DNA from: Escherichia coli
GTDB lineage: Bacteria > Pseudomonadota > Gammaproteobacteria > Enterobacterales > Enterobacteriaceae
Assembly (NCBI RefSeq): GCF_050320075.1
Contig: NZ_CP190018.1
DNA: 64,000 nt
Reading direction: 5' to 3' (one strand)
Made by a program: the position numbers and the translations under genes. The notes beneath the pieces are model-generated. The model was not told the DNA's origin, ran no database searches, and worked only from the letters and a program-made list of their open reading frames with translations. Shown piece by piece: positions 1-10,752 of the stretch; positions within the stretch are counted from its first letter, which is position 1; each line of letters begins with the position of its first letter.

Positions 1-655
1 TGACAACGTCGTGCTTAACAAAGGTGACGTTTTACAAGTCAGCGGCGATGCCCGCCGGGTAAAAACCATCGCCGATCGCATCGGCTTTATCTCGATTCAC
101 AGCCAGGTCACTGACTTGCTGGCATTCTGCGCCTTCTTTGTTATTGGGCTGATGATCGGGATGATCACCTTCCAGTTCAGCACATTCAGTTTCGGCATGG
201 GGAACGCTGCCGGGTTGTTATTCGCCGGAATTATGCTGGGCTTTATGCGTGCTAACCACCCGACCTTCGGTTACATTCCGCAGGGTGCATTAAGCATGGT
301 GAAGGAGTTCGGCTTGATGGTGTTTATGGCAGGCGTTGGTCTGAGCGCTGGTAGCGGTATTAATAACGGCCTGGGCGCGATTGGCGGTCAGATGTTGATT
401 GCCGGATTGATTGTCAGTCTGGTGCCAGTGGTTATCTGCTTCTTGTTCGGTGCTTATGTATTGCGAATGAACCGCGCACTGTTGTTCGGCGCAATGATGG
501 GCGCACGCACCTGCGCGCCGGCAATGGAGATCATCAGTGATACAGCTCGCAGTAATATCCCGGCGCTGGGCTATGCGGGCACTTACGCAATCGCCAACGT
601 CCTGCTGACGCTGGCAGGGACAATCATCGTCATGGTATGGCCAGGATTAGGATAA
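1..655 (+). CDS. ybjL: Putative transporter YbjL, C-terminal part (gene begins upstream of window)
   Basis: ORF 11..655 is open to the window edge; membrane-protein sequence matches recalled YbjL C-terminus; stop TAA 653-655. Confidence 0.85.
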
Positions 656-698
656 AACTGAAGTTGCCCTGAAAATGAAATTTTTTTGCACAACAGCA

Positions 699-726
699 GA
701 ACTTTTCCGCAGGGCATCAGTCTTAA
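699..726 (+). promoter_or_regulatory. Candidate sigma-E promoter of rybB
   Basis: GAACTT (-35-like, ~699-704) and TCTTA (-10-like, ~721-725) with 16-nt spacing, 7-10 nt upstream of the rybB 5' end. Confidence 0.5.
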
Positions 727-731
727 TTAGT

Positions 732-810
732 GCCACTGCTTTTCTTTGATGTCCCCATTTTGTGGAGCCCATCAACCCCGCCATTTTGGTTCAAGGTTGG
801 TGGGTTTTTT
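732..810 (+). ncRNA. rybB: RybB small RNA (sigma-E dependent, Hfq-binding)
   Basis: GCCACTGCTTTTCTTTGATGTCCCCATTTTGTGGAGCCC... ends in GC-rich stem plus TTTTTT (805-810); matches recalled RybB; lies in the ybjL-rcdA intergenic region as in K-12. Confidence 0.8.
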
Positions 811-829
811 GTTGCCTAAAATTTATCTA

Positions 830-1366
830 CTACCCTGCAACCCTCTCAACCATCCTCAAAATCTCCTCGCGCGATAGCGGCTTACGGTCGGTGACAAAAT
901 GCAGCGTCATCCCCTCAATAAACGCATCAAGCGCGCGGGCGGTTCCGGGTTCAAACCATTGTTCGAGCGTTTGCTGACTGCGCTGCATCCAGTTTTGCAT
1001 TACCGTTTTTAATAGCGGTTTTCGGCTAGCCAGCGCGTAGAGCTGGTACATCAGCTCCATATTATCCGGCGTTGCAACCTGTGAGCTGTAGATCATATCG
1101 GTGATAGCCTGGCATGCGCCCGGAGCATCACTAACATCGCTAAAAAATGCCTGATATTGCCGGGACATGATCTCAGTAAAACTGCTGAACGCCTCCAGCA
1201 ACAACTCATCAATTCCTGAAAAATAGTAGGTCATCGACCCCAACGGTACCCCGGCAAGGGTAGCAATTTTGCGGTGCGTAACAGCATGTATTCCGTAAAG
1301 TTTCACCGCCTCCAGCGTGGCCTGGATAATTTTTTCTCGCCGTTGCGGATCGTTAGCGCGACGCAT
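830..1366 (-). CDS. rcdA: TetR-family transcriptional regulator RcdA
   Basis: ORF 830..1396; start set at internal ATG (1364-1366) giving 178 aa beginning [13 protein letters not shown], preceded by a GA-rich SD. Confidence 0.9.
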
Positions 1367-1449
1367 GTCATTTCCTCTCTCTGCAATTGTGTACAAATGT
1401 ACACAACCTTGCTAATGTTGTCTTCCCTCTTCTTATTTTGACGTGATCT

Positions 1450-2658
1450 ATGACCGTAAATTCTTCACGTAATGCATTGAAACGCCGAACCTGGGCGCTG
1501 TTTATGTTCTTCTTTTTGCCGGGCCTGTTAATGGCGTCCTGGGCAACCCGTACGCCTGCTATCCGCGATATTCTTTCTGTTTCGATCGCTGAAATGGGCG
1601 GAGTCCTCTTTGGTCTGTCGATCGGTTCAATGAGCGGTATTCTCTGCTCGGCGTGGTTAGTGAAACGCTTTGGGACGCGTAATGTCATCTTGGTCACGAT
1701 GTCCTGCGCATTGATCGGGATGATGATACTAAGTCTGGCACTCTGGCTGACATCGCCCCTGCTCTTCGCGGTTGGTCTCGGCGTCTTTGGGGCAAGTTTT
1801 GGTTCTGCGGAAGTGGCGATAAACGTTGAAGGTGCTGCCGTTGAGCGAGAAATGAATAAGACGGTTTTGCCGATGATGCACGGTTTTTATAGCCTGGGCA
1901 CGCTGGCAGGCGCTGGTGTCGGGATGGCACTAACGGCCTTTGGCGTTCCGGCAACGGTGCACATTTTATTGGCGGCGCTGGTAGGCATCGCGCCTATTTA
2001 TATCGCCATTCAGGCAATCCCTGATGGTACGGGCAAAAATGCTGCCGATGGCACCCAGCATGGTGAAAAAGGCGTACCTTTTTATCGCGATATCCAGTTG
2101 CTACTGATTGGTGTTGTGGTGCTGGCGATGGCCTTTGCCGAAGGTTCTGCCAACGACTGGTTACCCTTATTAATGGTTGACGGTCACGGTTTTAGCCCTA
2201 CTTCCGGCTCGCTGATTTATGCCGGTTTTACCCTGGGGATGACCGTTGGACGCTTCACTGGCGGTTGGTTCATCGACCGTTACAGTCGCGTTGCCGTGGT
2301 TCGGGCCAGTGCACTAATGGGGGCGTTAGGTATTGGGCTGATTATTTTTGTCGATAGCGCCTGGGTCGCTGGGGTGTCTGTTGTACTCTGGGGACTGGGT
2401 GCCTCGCTGGGCTTCCCACTGACCATTTCTGCCGCCAGCGATACCGGCCCCGATGCACCAACCCGCGTCAGTGTGGTAGCAACGACCGGTTATCTGGCTT
2501 TCCTCGTCGGGCCGCCGCTGCTGGGCTATCTCGGCGAACATTATGGATTACGTAGTGCAATGCTGGTTGTACTGGCGCTGGTTATTCTCGCGGCTATTGT
2601 CGCGAAAGCCGTCGCCAAACCCGATACCAAAACGCAGACGGCGATGGAGAATAGTTGA
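1450..2658 (+). CDS. ybjJ: MFS transporter YbjJ
   Basis: 402-aa ORF, multi-TM MFS-like sequence beginning [15 protein letters not shown]. Confidence 0.9.
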
Positions 2659-3473
2659 TGAGCATTAAATTAATTGCGGTAGACATGGATGGTACTTTCT
2701 TAAGCGATCAAAAAACCTATAACCGTGAGCGGTTTATGGCTCAGTATCAGCAAATGAAAGCACAAGGCATTCGCTTTGTGGTCGCCAGCGGGAATCAATA
2801 TTATCAGTTGATCTCTTTCTTCCCTGAAATTGCTAATGAAATTGCCTTTGTGGCTGAAAACGGCGGCTGGGTAGTGAGCGAAGGCAAAGATGTTTTTAAT
2901 GGCGAGCTGTCGAAGGATGCGTTTGCTACTGTCGTGGAACATTTGCTGACGCGCCCGGAAGTGGAAATTATTGCCTGCGGAAAAAATAGCGCCTATACCC
3001 TCAAAAAATATGACGATGCCATGAAAACGGTGGCGGAAATGTATTATCACCGTCTGGAATACGTCGATAACTTTGACAACTTAGAAGATATCTTCTTTAA
3101 GTTTGGTCTGAATCTTTCCGATGAACTGATTCCACAAGTACAAAAAGCATTACATGAGGCCATCGGCGATATTATGGTGCCGGTCCACACCGGCAACGGC
3201 AGCATAGATCTGATTATCCCCGGCGTACATAAAGCCAATGGCCTTCGCCAACTGCAGAAATTATGGGGAATAGACGACAGCGAAGTAGTGGTCTTTGGCG
3301 ATGGCGGTAACGATATTGAGATGCTGCGTCAGGCAGGCTTTAGTTTTGCAATGGAAAATGCCGGCAGCGCGGTCGTCGCAGCGGCAAAATACCGGGCAGG
3401 CTCCAATAACCGTGAAGGCGTACTGGATGTGATCGATAAAGTGCTTAAACACGAAGCGCCATTTAACCAATAA
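2658..3473 (+). CDS. ybjI: HAD-family sugar phosphatase YbjI (Cof-like)
   Basis: ORF 2655..3473; HAD motifs DMDGTF and GDGGND; start overlaps ybjJ stop (ATGATGA). Confidence 0.9.
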   Translation: MSIKLIAVDMDGTFLSDQKTYNRERFMAQYQQMKAQGIRFVVASGNQYYQLISFFPEIANEIAFVAENGGWVVSEGKDVFNGELSKDAFATVVEHLLTRPEVEIIACGKNSAYTLKKYDDAMKTVAEMYYHRLEYVDNFDNLEDIFFKFGLNLSDELIPQVQKALHEAIGDIMVPVHTGNGSIDLIIPGVHKANGLRQLQKLWGIDDSEVVVFGDGGNDIEMLRQAGFSFAMENAGSAVVAAAKYRAGSNNREGVLDVIDKVLKHEAPFNQ

Positions 3474-3557
3474 AACGGCAGCACGCCCGGCAACACAATG
3501 CCTGAATGAAGATTGCATAATTCGCGGAAATTAACCCGCTGCATTATTTCAGGCGAA

Positions 3558-3842
3558 ATGATTATGAAAAATTGTCTACTGTTGGGCGCGCTTTTAATGG
3601 GCTTTACTGGTGTGGCGATGGCGCAAAGTGTCACCGTCGATGTGCCGAGTGGATACAAAGTGGTTGTGGTTCCTGATTCAGTCAGCGTTCCACAAGCGGT
3701 CAGCGTCGCGACTGTGCCGTAAACCGTCTATGTGGCTCCTGCGCCAGCTCCGGCTTACCGCCCGCATCCTTATGTTCGCCATCTTGCCAGCGTAGGTGAA
3801 GGGATGGTTATCGAACACCAGATTGACGACCATCACCATTAA
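3558..3842 (+). pseudogene. ybjH: ybjH interrupted by in-frame TAA (3720-3722) after codon 54; downstream 39 codons remain in frame to TAA at 3840-3842
   Basis: MIMKNCLLLGALLMGFTGVAMA signal-peptide-like N-terminus; reading through the internal stop gives a 94-codon protein ending ...IDDHHH. Confidence 0.6.
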
Positions 3843-3850
3843 TTCGAGAA

Positions 3851-3884
3851 TGCCTGATCGCACAAAGCAATCAGGCATTTTTTT
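3851..3884. terminator. Bidirectional intrinsic terminator between convergent ybjH and mdfA
   Basis: TGCCTGAT...ATCAGGCA 8-bp stem followed by TTTTTTT; T-tract overlaps the mdfA stop. Confidence 0.7.
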
Positions 3885-5115
3885 ACCCTTCGTGCGAATT
3901 TCCCATCTGTTTATCTTTTAAAAAGATAACCATCAGCAACAGCCACAAAATTCCGTTGACAAGGTTGAAGAGATTAAACAGTCCGTTGCCCCCGTTCAGC
4001 CAGGCATGTTTGCTGATTTCAATACCGACGGTAAAGATCAGCATTTGCAGCATCCCCATCGCCGCAGAAACCGTACCTTTACTCATATCGCTGGCAAACA
4101 GAGTTAATCGCACCAGTCCCGCATTCGCCAGACCAATACCGAAAGCATAAATACTTAACCCGGCGGTCATCCATAAATACGCGTGCGATGAGATAACCGT
4201 TGCCGCAGCAGCGACAAACAGACCAATCATAATCGGCCAGCCGCCCATAATAATCAGCGAACGTACGGTGCGGCGCGAGGTCAGACGCGCTAGCAGCAAG
4301 TTACCCGCAATTAACGCCCCGAAAATAGGCACTTGCAGCAAGCCATATTCATAGCTGCTCAACTGCTCACCGGTAATGATGATAATCGGCGACTGGGCGA
4401 TCCACGCCAGCAACGGCAGGCTAACGAATCCCAGCGCCAGCGCCCCCGCCACAAAGCGACCGTTCTTCAGCACCAGCTTATAGTCACGACCGAGTTCTTT
4501 CAGCGACAGTTTCTCGCCTATACGCGTGGCGGTTTCAGGCATGGCTCGTTGCAGACCGAAAAAGGAGATCGCTGCCAATGCGGCAAACAAAACAAACATC
4601 CCCTCCCAGGGCAGCACATGGATCCACGCCGCGCCCACCAGCGGACCAAGTAGTGGAGCAATCAGCGCCACGTTCGCCATTAGCGCGGTGATCTTGATAC
4701 AAACCGCCTCTTCGAAGGATTCCTGAATTGCGGCATATCCCACAGCGCCAATGAAACAGAGGCTTATGCCCTGCAAGAAGCGCAACAGGGTGAATTGTTC
4801 AATGTTTTGCGCCAGTAATATTGCCAGACAGGTGACGATAAACCACACCACTCCCGCCAGCATCACCGGACGGCGGCCAATACGATCCGACAGTGGCCCC
4901 AGGAGCCATTGTAAAAACATCCCGCCCGCCAGATACGCAGTCATCGAAGTAGGAACCCAATCAATGCCCGCCTGATATTGTTCCACCACGGCCAACATAC
5001 CGGGTTGAATCATATCGTTGCCGATATAGGTTGAAAATTCGTAAAGCACCAGACAGAGAGGGAAAAGTAACGCCTGACGTCCAAGCCTGGCACCGGAAGC
5101 TAATTTATTTTGCAT
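3883..5115 (-). CDS. mdfA: Multidrug efflux MFS transporter MdfA
   Basis: ORF 3883..5145; start set at internal ATG (5113-5115) giving 410 aa beginning [14 protein letters not shown]. Confidence 0.9.
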   Translation of the reverse strand: MQNKLASGARLGRQALLFPLCLVLYEFSTYIGNDMIQPGMLAVVEQYQAGIDWVPTSMTAYLAGGMFLQWLLGPLSDRIGRRPVMLAGVVWFIVTCLAILLAQNIEQFTLLRFLQGISLCFIGAVGYAAIQESFEEAVCIKITALMANVALIAPLLGPLVGAAWIHVLPWEGMFVLFAALAAISFFGLQRAMPETATRIGEKLSLKELGRDYKLVLKNGRFVAGALALGFVSLPLLAWIAQSPIIIITGEQLSSYEYGLLQVPIFGALIAGNLLLARLTSRRTVRSLIIMGGWPIMIGLFVAAAATVISSHAYLWMTAGLSIYAFGIGLANAGLVRLTLFASDMSKGTVSAAMGMLQMLIFTVGIEISKHAWLNGGNGLFNLFNLVNGILWLLLMVIFLKDKQMGNSHEG

Positions 5116-5399
5116 GCAATTTCTTCGCCAATAATAATCGCGCAAAGTTTAATAAAAGCGCAGCTAACGAGAAAGCGAATTTTGTAGCTGAAACCACGGT
5201 TAAGCACATTCTTACATTATCGCGAGTATAGCTACGCTTTCTTTAAGTTTTATTTAACCTATGCCCGTTACAATCACCCACCGTAAACAGGCCGCTTGAG
5301 GGAAATAAGACGATGCCGCTTTACCCAGTTTAACCTGCACTTTATTCTCAACGACTTGCCTGTATTGGCTCCCTTTTAATCACTTTGCGTCGGGAAGTT

Positions 5400-5996
5400 A
5401 TGCTGGAAAATTTGAATCTCTCTCTATTCTCTCTTATTAACGCGACGCCAGACTCTGCGCCGTGGATGATCTCGTTGGCGATTTTTATTGCTAAAGATTT
5501 GATTACCGTGGTGCCGTTGCTGGCCGCGGTACTTTGGCTGTGGGGGCTTACAGCACAACGGCAACTGGTGATAAAAATCGCTATCGCGCTGGCGGTCAGC
5601 CTGTTTGTGTCCTGGACGATGGGGCATCTTTTTCCGCACGACCGACCCTTTGTCGAAAATATCGGCTATAACTTCCTGCATCATGCGGCGGATGACTCAT
5701 TCCCGAGCGATCACGGTACGGTGATTTTCACCTTTGCACTGGCATTTTTATGCTGGCATCGCCTGTGGTCCGGCTCACTTTTAATGGTGCTGGCCGTCGT
5801 CATTGCCTGGTCGCGCGTTTATCTTGGCGTCCACTGGCCGCTGGATATGCTCGGTGGATTGCTGGCAGGTATGATTGGCTGCCTTAGCGCCCAGATTATC
5901 TGGCAAGCGATGGGGCATAAACTCTATCAACGTCTGCAATCGTGGTATCGCTTCTGTTTTGCATTACCGATCCGCAAAGGCTGGGTGCGTGACTGA
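5400..5996 (+). CDS. ybjG: Undecaprenyl-pyrophosphate phosphatase YbjG (PAP2 family)
   Basis: ORF 5385..5996; start at ATG 5400 (MLENLNLSLF); PAP2 motifs PSDH and SRVYLGVHWPLD. Confidence 0.9.
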   Translation: MLENLNLSLFSLINATPDSAPWMISLAIFIAKDLITVVPLLAAVLWLWGLTAQRQLVIKIAIALAVSLFVSWTMGHLFPHDRPFVENIGYNFLHHAADDSFPSDHGTVIFTFALAFLCWHRLWSGSLLMVLAVVIAWSRVYLGVHWPLDMLGGLLAGMIGCLSAQIIWQAMGHKLYQRLQSWYRFCFALPIRKGWVRD

Positions 5997-6053
5997 TCTC
6001 TGCTAAAAAGTGTAGTATTGAGCGGCTCGCTTCAATAACTATTCAGAGGGATT

Positions 6054-6812
6054 ATGGAAACACGTCGCGAAGAGCGTATCGGGCAGCTGCTGCAAGAATT
6101 AAAACGCAGCGATAAGTTACATCTTAAAGACGCCGCCGCCCTGCTTGGGGTTTCGGAGATGACGATTCGTCGCGATCTGAACAACCACAGTGCGCCCGTC
6201 GTTTTGCTCGGCGGCTATATTGTTCTGGAACCGCGCAGCGCCAGCCATTACCTGTTAAGCGATCAAAAATCCCGCCTGGTGGAAGAAAAACGCCGGGCGG
6301 CAAAACTGGCTGCGACGCTGGTAGAACCCGATCAGACCCTCTTTTTTGACTGTGGCACCACCACACCGTGGATTATTGAAGCGATTGATAATGAAATCCC
6401 TTTCACCGCCGTTTGTTATTCGCTAAATACCTTTCTGGCACTGAAAGAGAAACCCCATTGCCGCGCGTTTCTGTGTGGTGGTGAATTTCACGCCAGCAAC
6501 GCCATTTTCAAACCCATCGATTTTCAGCAAACGCTGAATAATTTTTGCCCGGATATCGCTTTTTATTCCGCGGCGGGGGTGCATGTCAGTAAAGGCGCTA
6601 CCTGCTTTAATCTTGAAGAGTTGCCGGTAAAACACTGGGCCATGTCGATGGCGCAAAAGCATGTGCTGGTTGTCGACCACAGTAAATTTGGCAAGGTGCG
6701 TCCGGCGCGCATGGGTGACCTGAAACGCTTTGATATTGTTGTGAGCGATTGTTGCCCGGAAGATGAGTATGTGAAGTACGCGCAGACGCAGCGTATTAAG
6801 TTGATGTATTAA
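6054..6812 (+). CDS. deoR: DeoR transcriptional repressor
   Basis: 252-aa ORF with N-terminal HTH, matches recalled DeoR. Confidence 0.9.
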   Translation: METRREERIGQLLQELKRSDKLHLKDAAALLGVSEMTIRRDLNNHSAPVVLLGGYIVLEPRSASHYLLSDQKSRLVEEKRRAAKLAATLVEPDQTLFFDCGTTTPWIIEAIDNEIPFTAVCYSLNTFLALKEKPHCRAFLCGGEFHASNAIFKPIDFQQTLNNFCPDIAFYSAAGVHVSKGATCFNLEELPVKHWAMSMAQKHVLVVDHSKFGKVRPARMGDLKRFDIVVSDCCPEDEYVKYAQTQRIKLMY

Positions 6813-6818
6813 TGACGT

Positions 6819-6851
6819 ATAACCGGATGACGTTTCGCGCCATCCGGTTAT
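6819..6851. terminator. Dyad-symmetry element between convergent deoR and dacC
   Basis: ATAACCGGATG ... CATCCGGTTAT 11-bp inverted repeat with ~11-nt loop; no strong U-tract. Confidence 0.5.
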
Positions 6852-6858
6852 CACAAAA

Positions 6859-8061
6859 TTAAGAGAACCAGCTGCCGAACCACTGATGGAATTTCATCAT
6901 CACGAAATCCCACATCCGACCAAAGAATCCGCCCTCTTCCACATTTTCCATCACGATCAGCGGACGCTGCTCAATGGATTTACCGTTAAGCTGGAAATCA
7001 ATGGTCCCGACAACCTGACCTTTTTTCAGCGGTGCGGTAAGCTGCGGTTCCGTTAACGTGTAGCTCGCTTTCAGGTTTTTCAGCTGCCCACGCGGTATGG
7101 TCACTGAGCCCGCTTCGCCTGCCCCGAGATTCACTTCGCTCTTATCTCCAAACCAGACGCGCTGAGTCACAAAGGTGGCATCAGGTTTAATTGGCGTCAC
7201 GGTTTCAAAGAAGCGGAAACCCCAGGTCAATAATTTCTCAGACTCATTAAAACGGATACGGTCAGTTTTCGCCCCCAGCACTACGGAGATCAAACGCATA
7301 TCGCCCTGGGTAGCCGAAGCAACCAGATTATATCCCGCGCCTGCCGTGGTTCCTGTCTTCATGCCATCAACATTCAGATTGCTGCTCCACAGCAGACGGT
7401 TACGGTTAGGCTGACGAATTTTGTTGAAGGTGAACTCTTTCTCTTTATGAATGGCGTACTCTTCCGGCACATCGTGGATCAATGCTTTACCCAGCAATGC
7501 CATATCGCGCGCGGTACTGAACTGCCCCGGCGCATCCAGGCCGTGCACCGTCTGGAAGGTAGTGTTGGTCAGACCCAGTTTTTTGGCATAACCATTCATC
7601 AGACCAATAAATGACTCCTGGCTCCCGGCAACGTAATCAGCCAGCGCAATACAGGCGTCATTACCGGACTGGATAATCACACCTTTGTTCAAGTCTGCCA
7701 CCGAAACCTGATCGCCCGGTTTGAGGAACATTACCGATGAACCACGCAGTGCCGGATTTCCCGTCGCCCAGGCATCTTTACCGACCGTCACCATATCGGT
7801 GAGTTTAATCTTATCGGCCTTAAGCGCCTGCCCAACCACATAGCTGGTCATGATTTTAGTCAGGCTCGCGGGGTCCAGTTTTTCATCCGCATTGCCTTCT
7901 GCCAGCACTTTACCGCTGGCGTAATCCATTAAAATCCATGCACGCGCATCCACGCTCGGCGCTTCAACGGTTTGTTCCGCCGCGAATGCCGTTGGGGCAA
8001 AAAGGAATAAAAATGCAGAACCCGCTGCAAGACCACGAAGGAGAGAGGAGTATTGCGTCAT
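6859..8061 (-). CDS. dacC: D-alanyl-D-alanine carboxypeptidase DacC (PBP6)
   Basis: ORF 6859..8082; start at internal ATG (8059-8061) giving 400 aa with signal peptide; SXXK, SGN and KTG motifs present. Confidence 0.9.
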   Translation of the reverse strand: MTQYSSLLRGLAAGSAFLFLFAPTAFAAEQTVEAPSVDARAWILMDYASGKVLAEGNADEKLDPASLTKIMTSYVVGQALKADKIKLTDMVTVGKDAWATGNPALRGSSVMFLKPGDQVSVADLNKGVIIQSGNDACIALADYVAGSQESFIGLMNGYAKKLGLTNTTFQTVHGLDAPGQFSTARDMALLGKALIHDVPEEYAIHKEKEFTFNKIRQPNRNRLLWSSNLNVDGMKTGTTAGAGYNLVASATQGDMRLISVVLGAKTDRIRFNESEKLLTWGFRFFETVTPIKPDATFVTQRVWFGDKSEVNLGAGEAGSVTIPRGQLKNLKASYTLTEPQLTAPLKKGQVVGTIDFQLNGKSIEQRPLIVMENVEEGGFFGRMWDFVMMKFHQWFGSWFS

Positions 8062-8307
8062 AAATGCCACCCGAGTATCCATTCAAAAAAAATACGTTAT
8101 ATCGCCGTATGATAAGTTCGGTGATTAATAACGCACACACAAACTTAAAGAAACCGTAAGTTGGTAAAGTTTTTAAAGTTTATGCAATATCCTGCCGCTT
8201 CGCTGCTTCTGGTGTCATTTTTTTGCCAGCTGTTGCTTAAAAGTTAACTTTACTTCACCATCGGAGTCCTGTTCAGCCTGTGGCTGCCTGTCGGAAAAGG
8301 GGTGAGT

Positions 8308-8934
8308 ATGATTACGCTGTGGGGTCGGAATAATTCAACCAACGTAAAAAAAGTATTGCTGACGCTCGAAGAACTGGAACTACCTTATGAGCAAATTCTC
8401 GCGGGCCGTGAGTTTGGGATAAATCACGATGCTGATTTTCTGGCGATGAACCCTAACGGGCTGGTGCCGTTGTTGCGTGACGACGAAAGTGATCTCATTC
8501 TTTGGGAATCAAACGCCATTGTCCGCTATCTGGCGGCACAGTACGGGCAAAAACGCCTGTGGATCGACTCACCGGCACGTCGTGCGGAAGCAGAAAAATG
8601 GATGGACTGGGCAAACCAGACGCTCAGTAATGCTCATCGCGGGATCCTGATGGGATTAGTCAGAACACCACCGGAAGATCGCGATCAGGCCGCCATTGAT
8701 GCCAGTTGTAAAGAGTGCGACGCCCTGTTTGCCCTGCTCGATGCGGAACTGGCAAAAGTAAAATGGTTCTCCGGCGACGAGTTTGGTGTGGGCGATATCG
8801 CTATCGCACCGTTTATCTACAATTTGTTTAACGTTGGCCTGACCTGGACACCGCGTCCAAATCTGCAACGCTGGTATCAGCAACTCACTGAACGCCCCGC
8901 AGTGCGCAAAGTGGTGATGATTCCCGTTAGCTAA
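8308..8934 (+). CDS. gstB: Glutathione S-transferase GstB
   Basis: ORF 8302..8934; ATG at 8308 preceded by AAAAGGGG SD; GST-like sequence. Confidence 0.9.
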   Translation: MITLWGRNNSTNVKKVLLTLEELELPYEQILAGREFGINHDADFLAMNPNGLVPLLRDDESDLILWESNAIVRYLAAQYGQKRLWIDSPARRAEAEKWMDWANQTLSNAHRGILMGLVRTPPEDRDQAAIDASCKECDALFALLDAELAKVKWFSGDEFGVGDIAIAPFIYNLFNVGLTWTPRPNLQRWYQQLTERPAVRKVVMIPVS

Positions 8935-10046
8935 TTGCGTGGGCTAACTTTAAGTAATTCCCCACTGGACTCGTCGGTGAGAACGTATAAATAACCGTCG
9001 GGTCCAGTGCGAACATCACGAATTCGCTGCCCTCTGTCCGTTAAAATACGGCCATCTTCTGTCACTTTGTCGCCGTTGACGCTCATCACAATGACATCTT
9101 TATCTTTCAGCGCGCCAATAAATAATTTTTGCTGCCACTGGGGGAATTTATCGCTGTTATAGAAGGCCATGCCGCTCACGGCGGGCGAATCTTTCCAGTA
9201 AAAAACAGGTTGCTCGGTCCCGGCGACGATCTCCCCTTTCGCTTCCGGTATCTTAAAGCCTGAATAGTTGATTCCCCAGGTTGCCAGCGGCCAGCCGTAG
9301 TTTTTGCCTTTTTGCGGGATATTAATTTCATCGCCACCGCGCGGGCCATGTTCATTCAGCCATAGTGCATTACTCCACGGATTCATCGCCATTCCTTGCG
9401 GATTACGAATGCCATAAGACCAGATCTCGGCGCGCGCACCGGATTCCTTTATAAAAGGATTATCATCCGGGATTTCGCCCTGGTCGGTCAGACGCACCAG
9501 TTTGCCCTGTAATTTATCCAGATCCTGCGCCGTCGGGCGCTGATTGTTTTCGCCCAGAGCAATAAAAAGATAACCTTTACCGTCGAATACCAGCCGCCCG
9601 CCAAAATGGTTGCCGGTAGACAGTTTTGGCATCTGGCGAAAGACGGTGCGGAAGTCGGTCATCTTTGAGAGATCATCACTTAAGCGGCCATAACCCACAG
9701 CAGTTCCGGCTTTGCCATCATCGCCAACTTCGAAATAACTTAACCAGATGCGGCGAGACTGAGCAAAATCAGGCGCTAAAACCACGTCCAGCAGGCCGCC
9801 CTGCCCGTGCGCCCAAACGTCCGGAACTCCGGAAAGCGGCGCAGATAATCCTTTTCCTGCTTGCCAGTGACGCAACTCGCCGCCGCGCAGAGTGATTAAC
9901 ATACCGTGATTGTCGGGTAAAAAGGCCAGCGCCCAGGGATGGTCGAGTTTGTCTTGCAGTACTTCGACATTTACCGTTGCAGGAGCCGCCCAGAGAGCGG
10001 AAGAAAGACAAATAAGGGGCACAGAGAAAAAGAATTGTCGATGCAT
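8931..10046 (-). CDS. yliI: PQQ-dependent aldose sugar dehydrogenase YliI
   Basis: 371-aa ORF with signal peptide, matches recalled YliI; 4-bp convergent overlap with gstB. Confidence 0.9.
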   Translation of the reverse strand: MHRQFFFSVPLICLSSALWAAPATVNVEVLQDKLDHPWALAFLPDNHGMLITLRGGELRHWQAGKGLSAPLSGVPDVWAHGQGGLLDVVLAPDFAQSRRIWLSYFEVGDDGKAGTAVGYGRLSDDLSKMTDFRTVFRQMPKLSTGNHFGGRLVFDGKGYLFIALGENNQRPTAQDLDKLQGKLVRLTDQGEIPDDNPFIKESGARAEIWSYGIRNPQGMAMNPWSNALWLNEHGPRGGDEINIPQKGKNYGWPLATWGINYSGFKIPEAKGEIVAGTEQPVFYWKDSPAVSGMAFYNSDKFPQWQQKLFIGALKDKDVIVMSVNGDKVTEDGRILTDRGQRIRDVRTGPDGYLYVLTDESSGELLKVSPRN

Positions 10047-10128
10047 AACGCCTCCGGATTGACTCTGGCTTAAAGCGTAGTCAGTGGAGGAGATAACAAA
10101 ATCATTTTTACAAAAACTTAAACATGAA

Positions 10129-10149
10129 GGGGGAGACGCTTTCTCCCCC
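10129..10149 (-). terminator. Intrinsic terminator downstream of bssR
   Basis: GGGGGAGA-CGCTT-TCTCCCCC hairpin; T-rich on the minus strand after the stem. Confidence 0.6.
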
Positions 10150-10156
10150 TTAGTTT

Positions 10157-10540
10157 TCAGGCCTTCTCAAGCATGGCGTGCTTCTGCAGGCTCTGGATAC
10201 TCAGCGTTAAGCTCATCAGACAATTTTCAAGCTTATCGGCGTTGACGGTAATAACAGTCGGGCAATCATGGTGCCCACTCATCAAACATACTGCGGCTGT
10301 CGCTAATGCTTCTTCAGCATGATGAAGAGCACTCCACTCTTCCTGATCCAGATGAAGATTCAACCGCAGCGATTTATCGTGCAGTTCGCGATTCAGTTTA
10401 AAAAAGTTATCTCGTAGATGATTGCTTTCGCTGACGGACATGTATCCTTTTGCCTTCCTCAGTTGCACGTATGCGGCGAGGTCAACGCGTGCGTCGATCA
10501 ACCGGTTCAGCAGATCGATTCGCTGTCTGTCAACGAACAT
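10157..10540 (-). CDS. bssR: Biofilm regulator BssR
   Basis: ORF 10157..10573; start at internal ATG (10538-10540) giving 127 aa beginning MFVDRQRIDLL. Confidence 0.85.
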   Translation of the reverse strand: MFVDRQRIDLLNRLIDARVDLAAYVQLRKAKGYMSVSESNHLRDNFFKLNRELHDKSLRLNLHLDQEEWSALHHAEEALATAAVCLMSGHHDCPTVITVNADKLENCLMSLTLSIQSLQKHAMLEKA

Positions 10541-10752
10541 ACTTCGATCCTCCTCTTTCCAGCCTTGTTGCAATTAAATAGTATGGCTATTTTTTGAGCA
10601 AAATGCTGTCCAGGATCAATTCTTCACGCCGAATTAACAAAATTTACATTTCCTTCGCCTCCGCCAGCGAATGAGATTGCGATACAAATTTTATCCAGAA
10701 CTCTGTAGAATCCCTGCCCTGACCTTTCCTGTAACTGAATATTTTTTAAGCT

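Noticed and set aside
762-977. 71-aa ORF on the plus strand between ybjL and rcdA
   Set aside because: It overlaps the rybB sRNA and the antisense 3' end of rcdA, starts at GTG with no SD; rybB explains the region.
9626-10011. Arg-rich ORFs (89 and 80 aa) inside yliI on both strands
   Set aside because: They lie wholly within a well-supported gene in alternative frames and have low-complexity Arg/Ser/Ala composition typical of out-of-frame GC-rich sequence.
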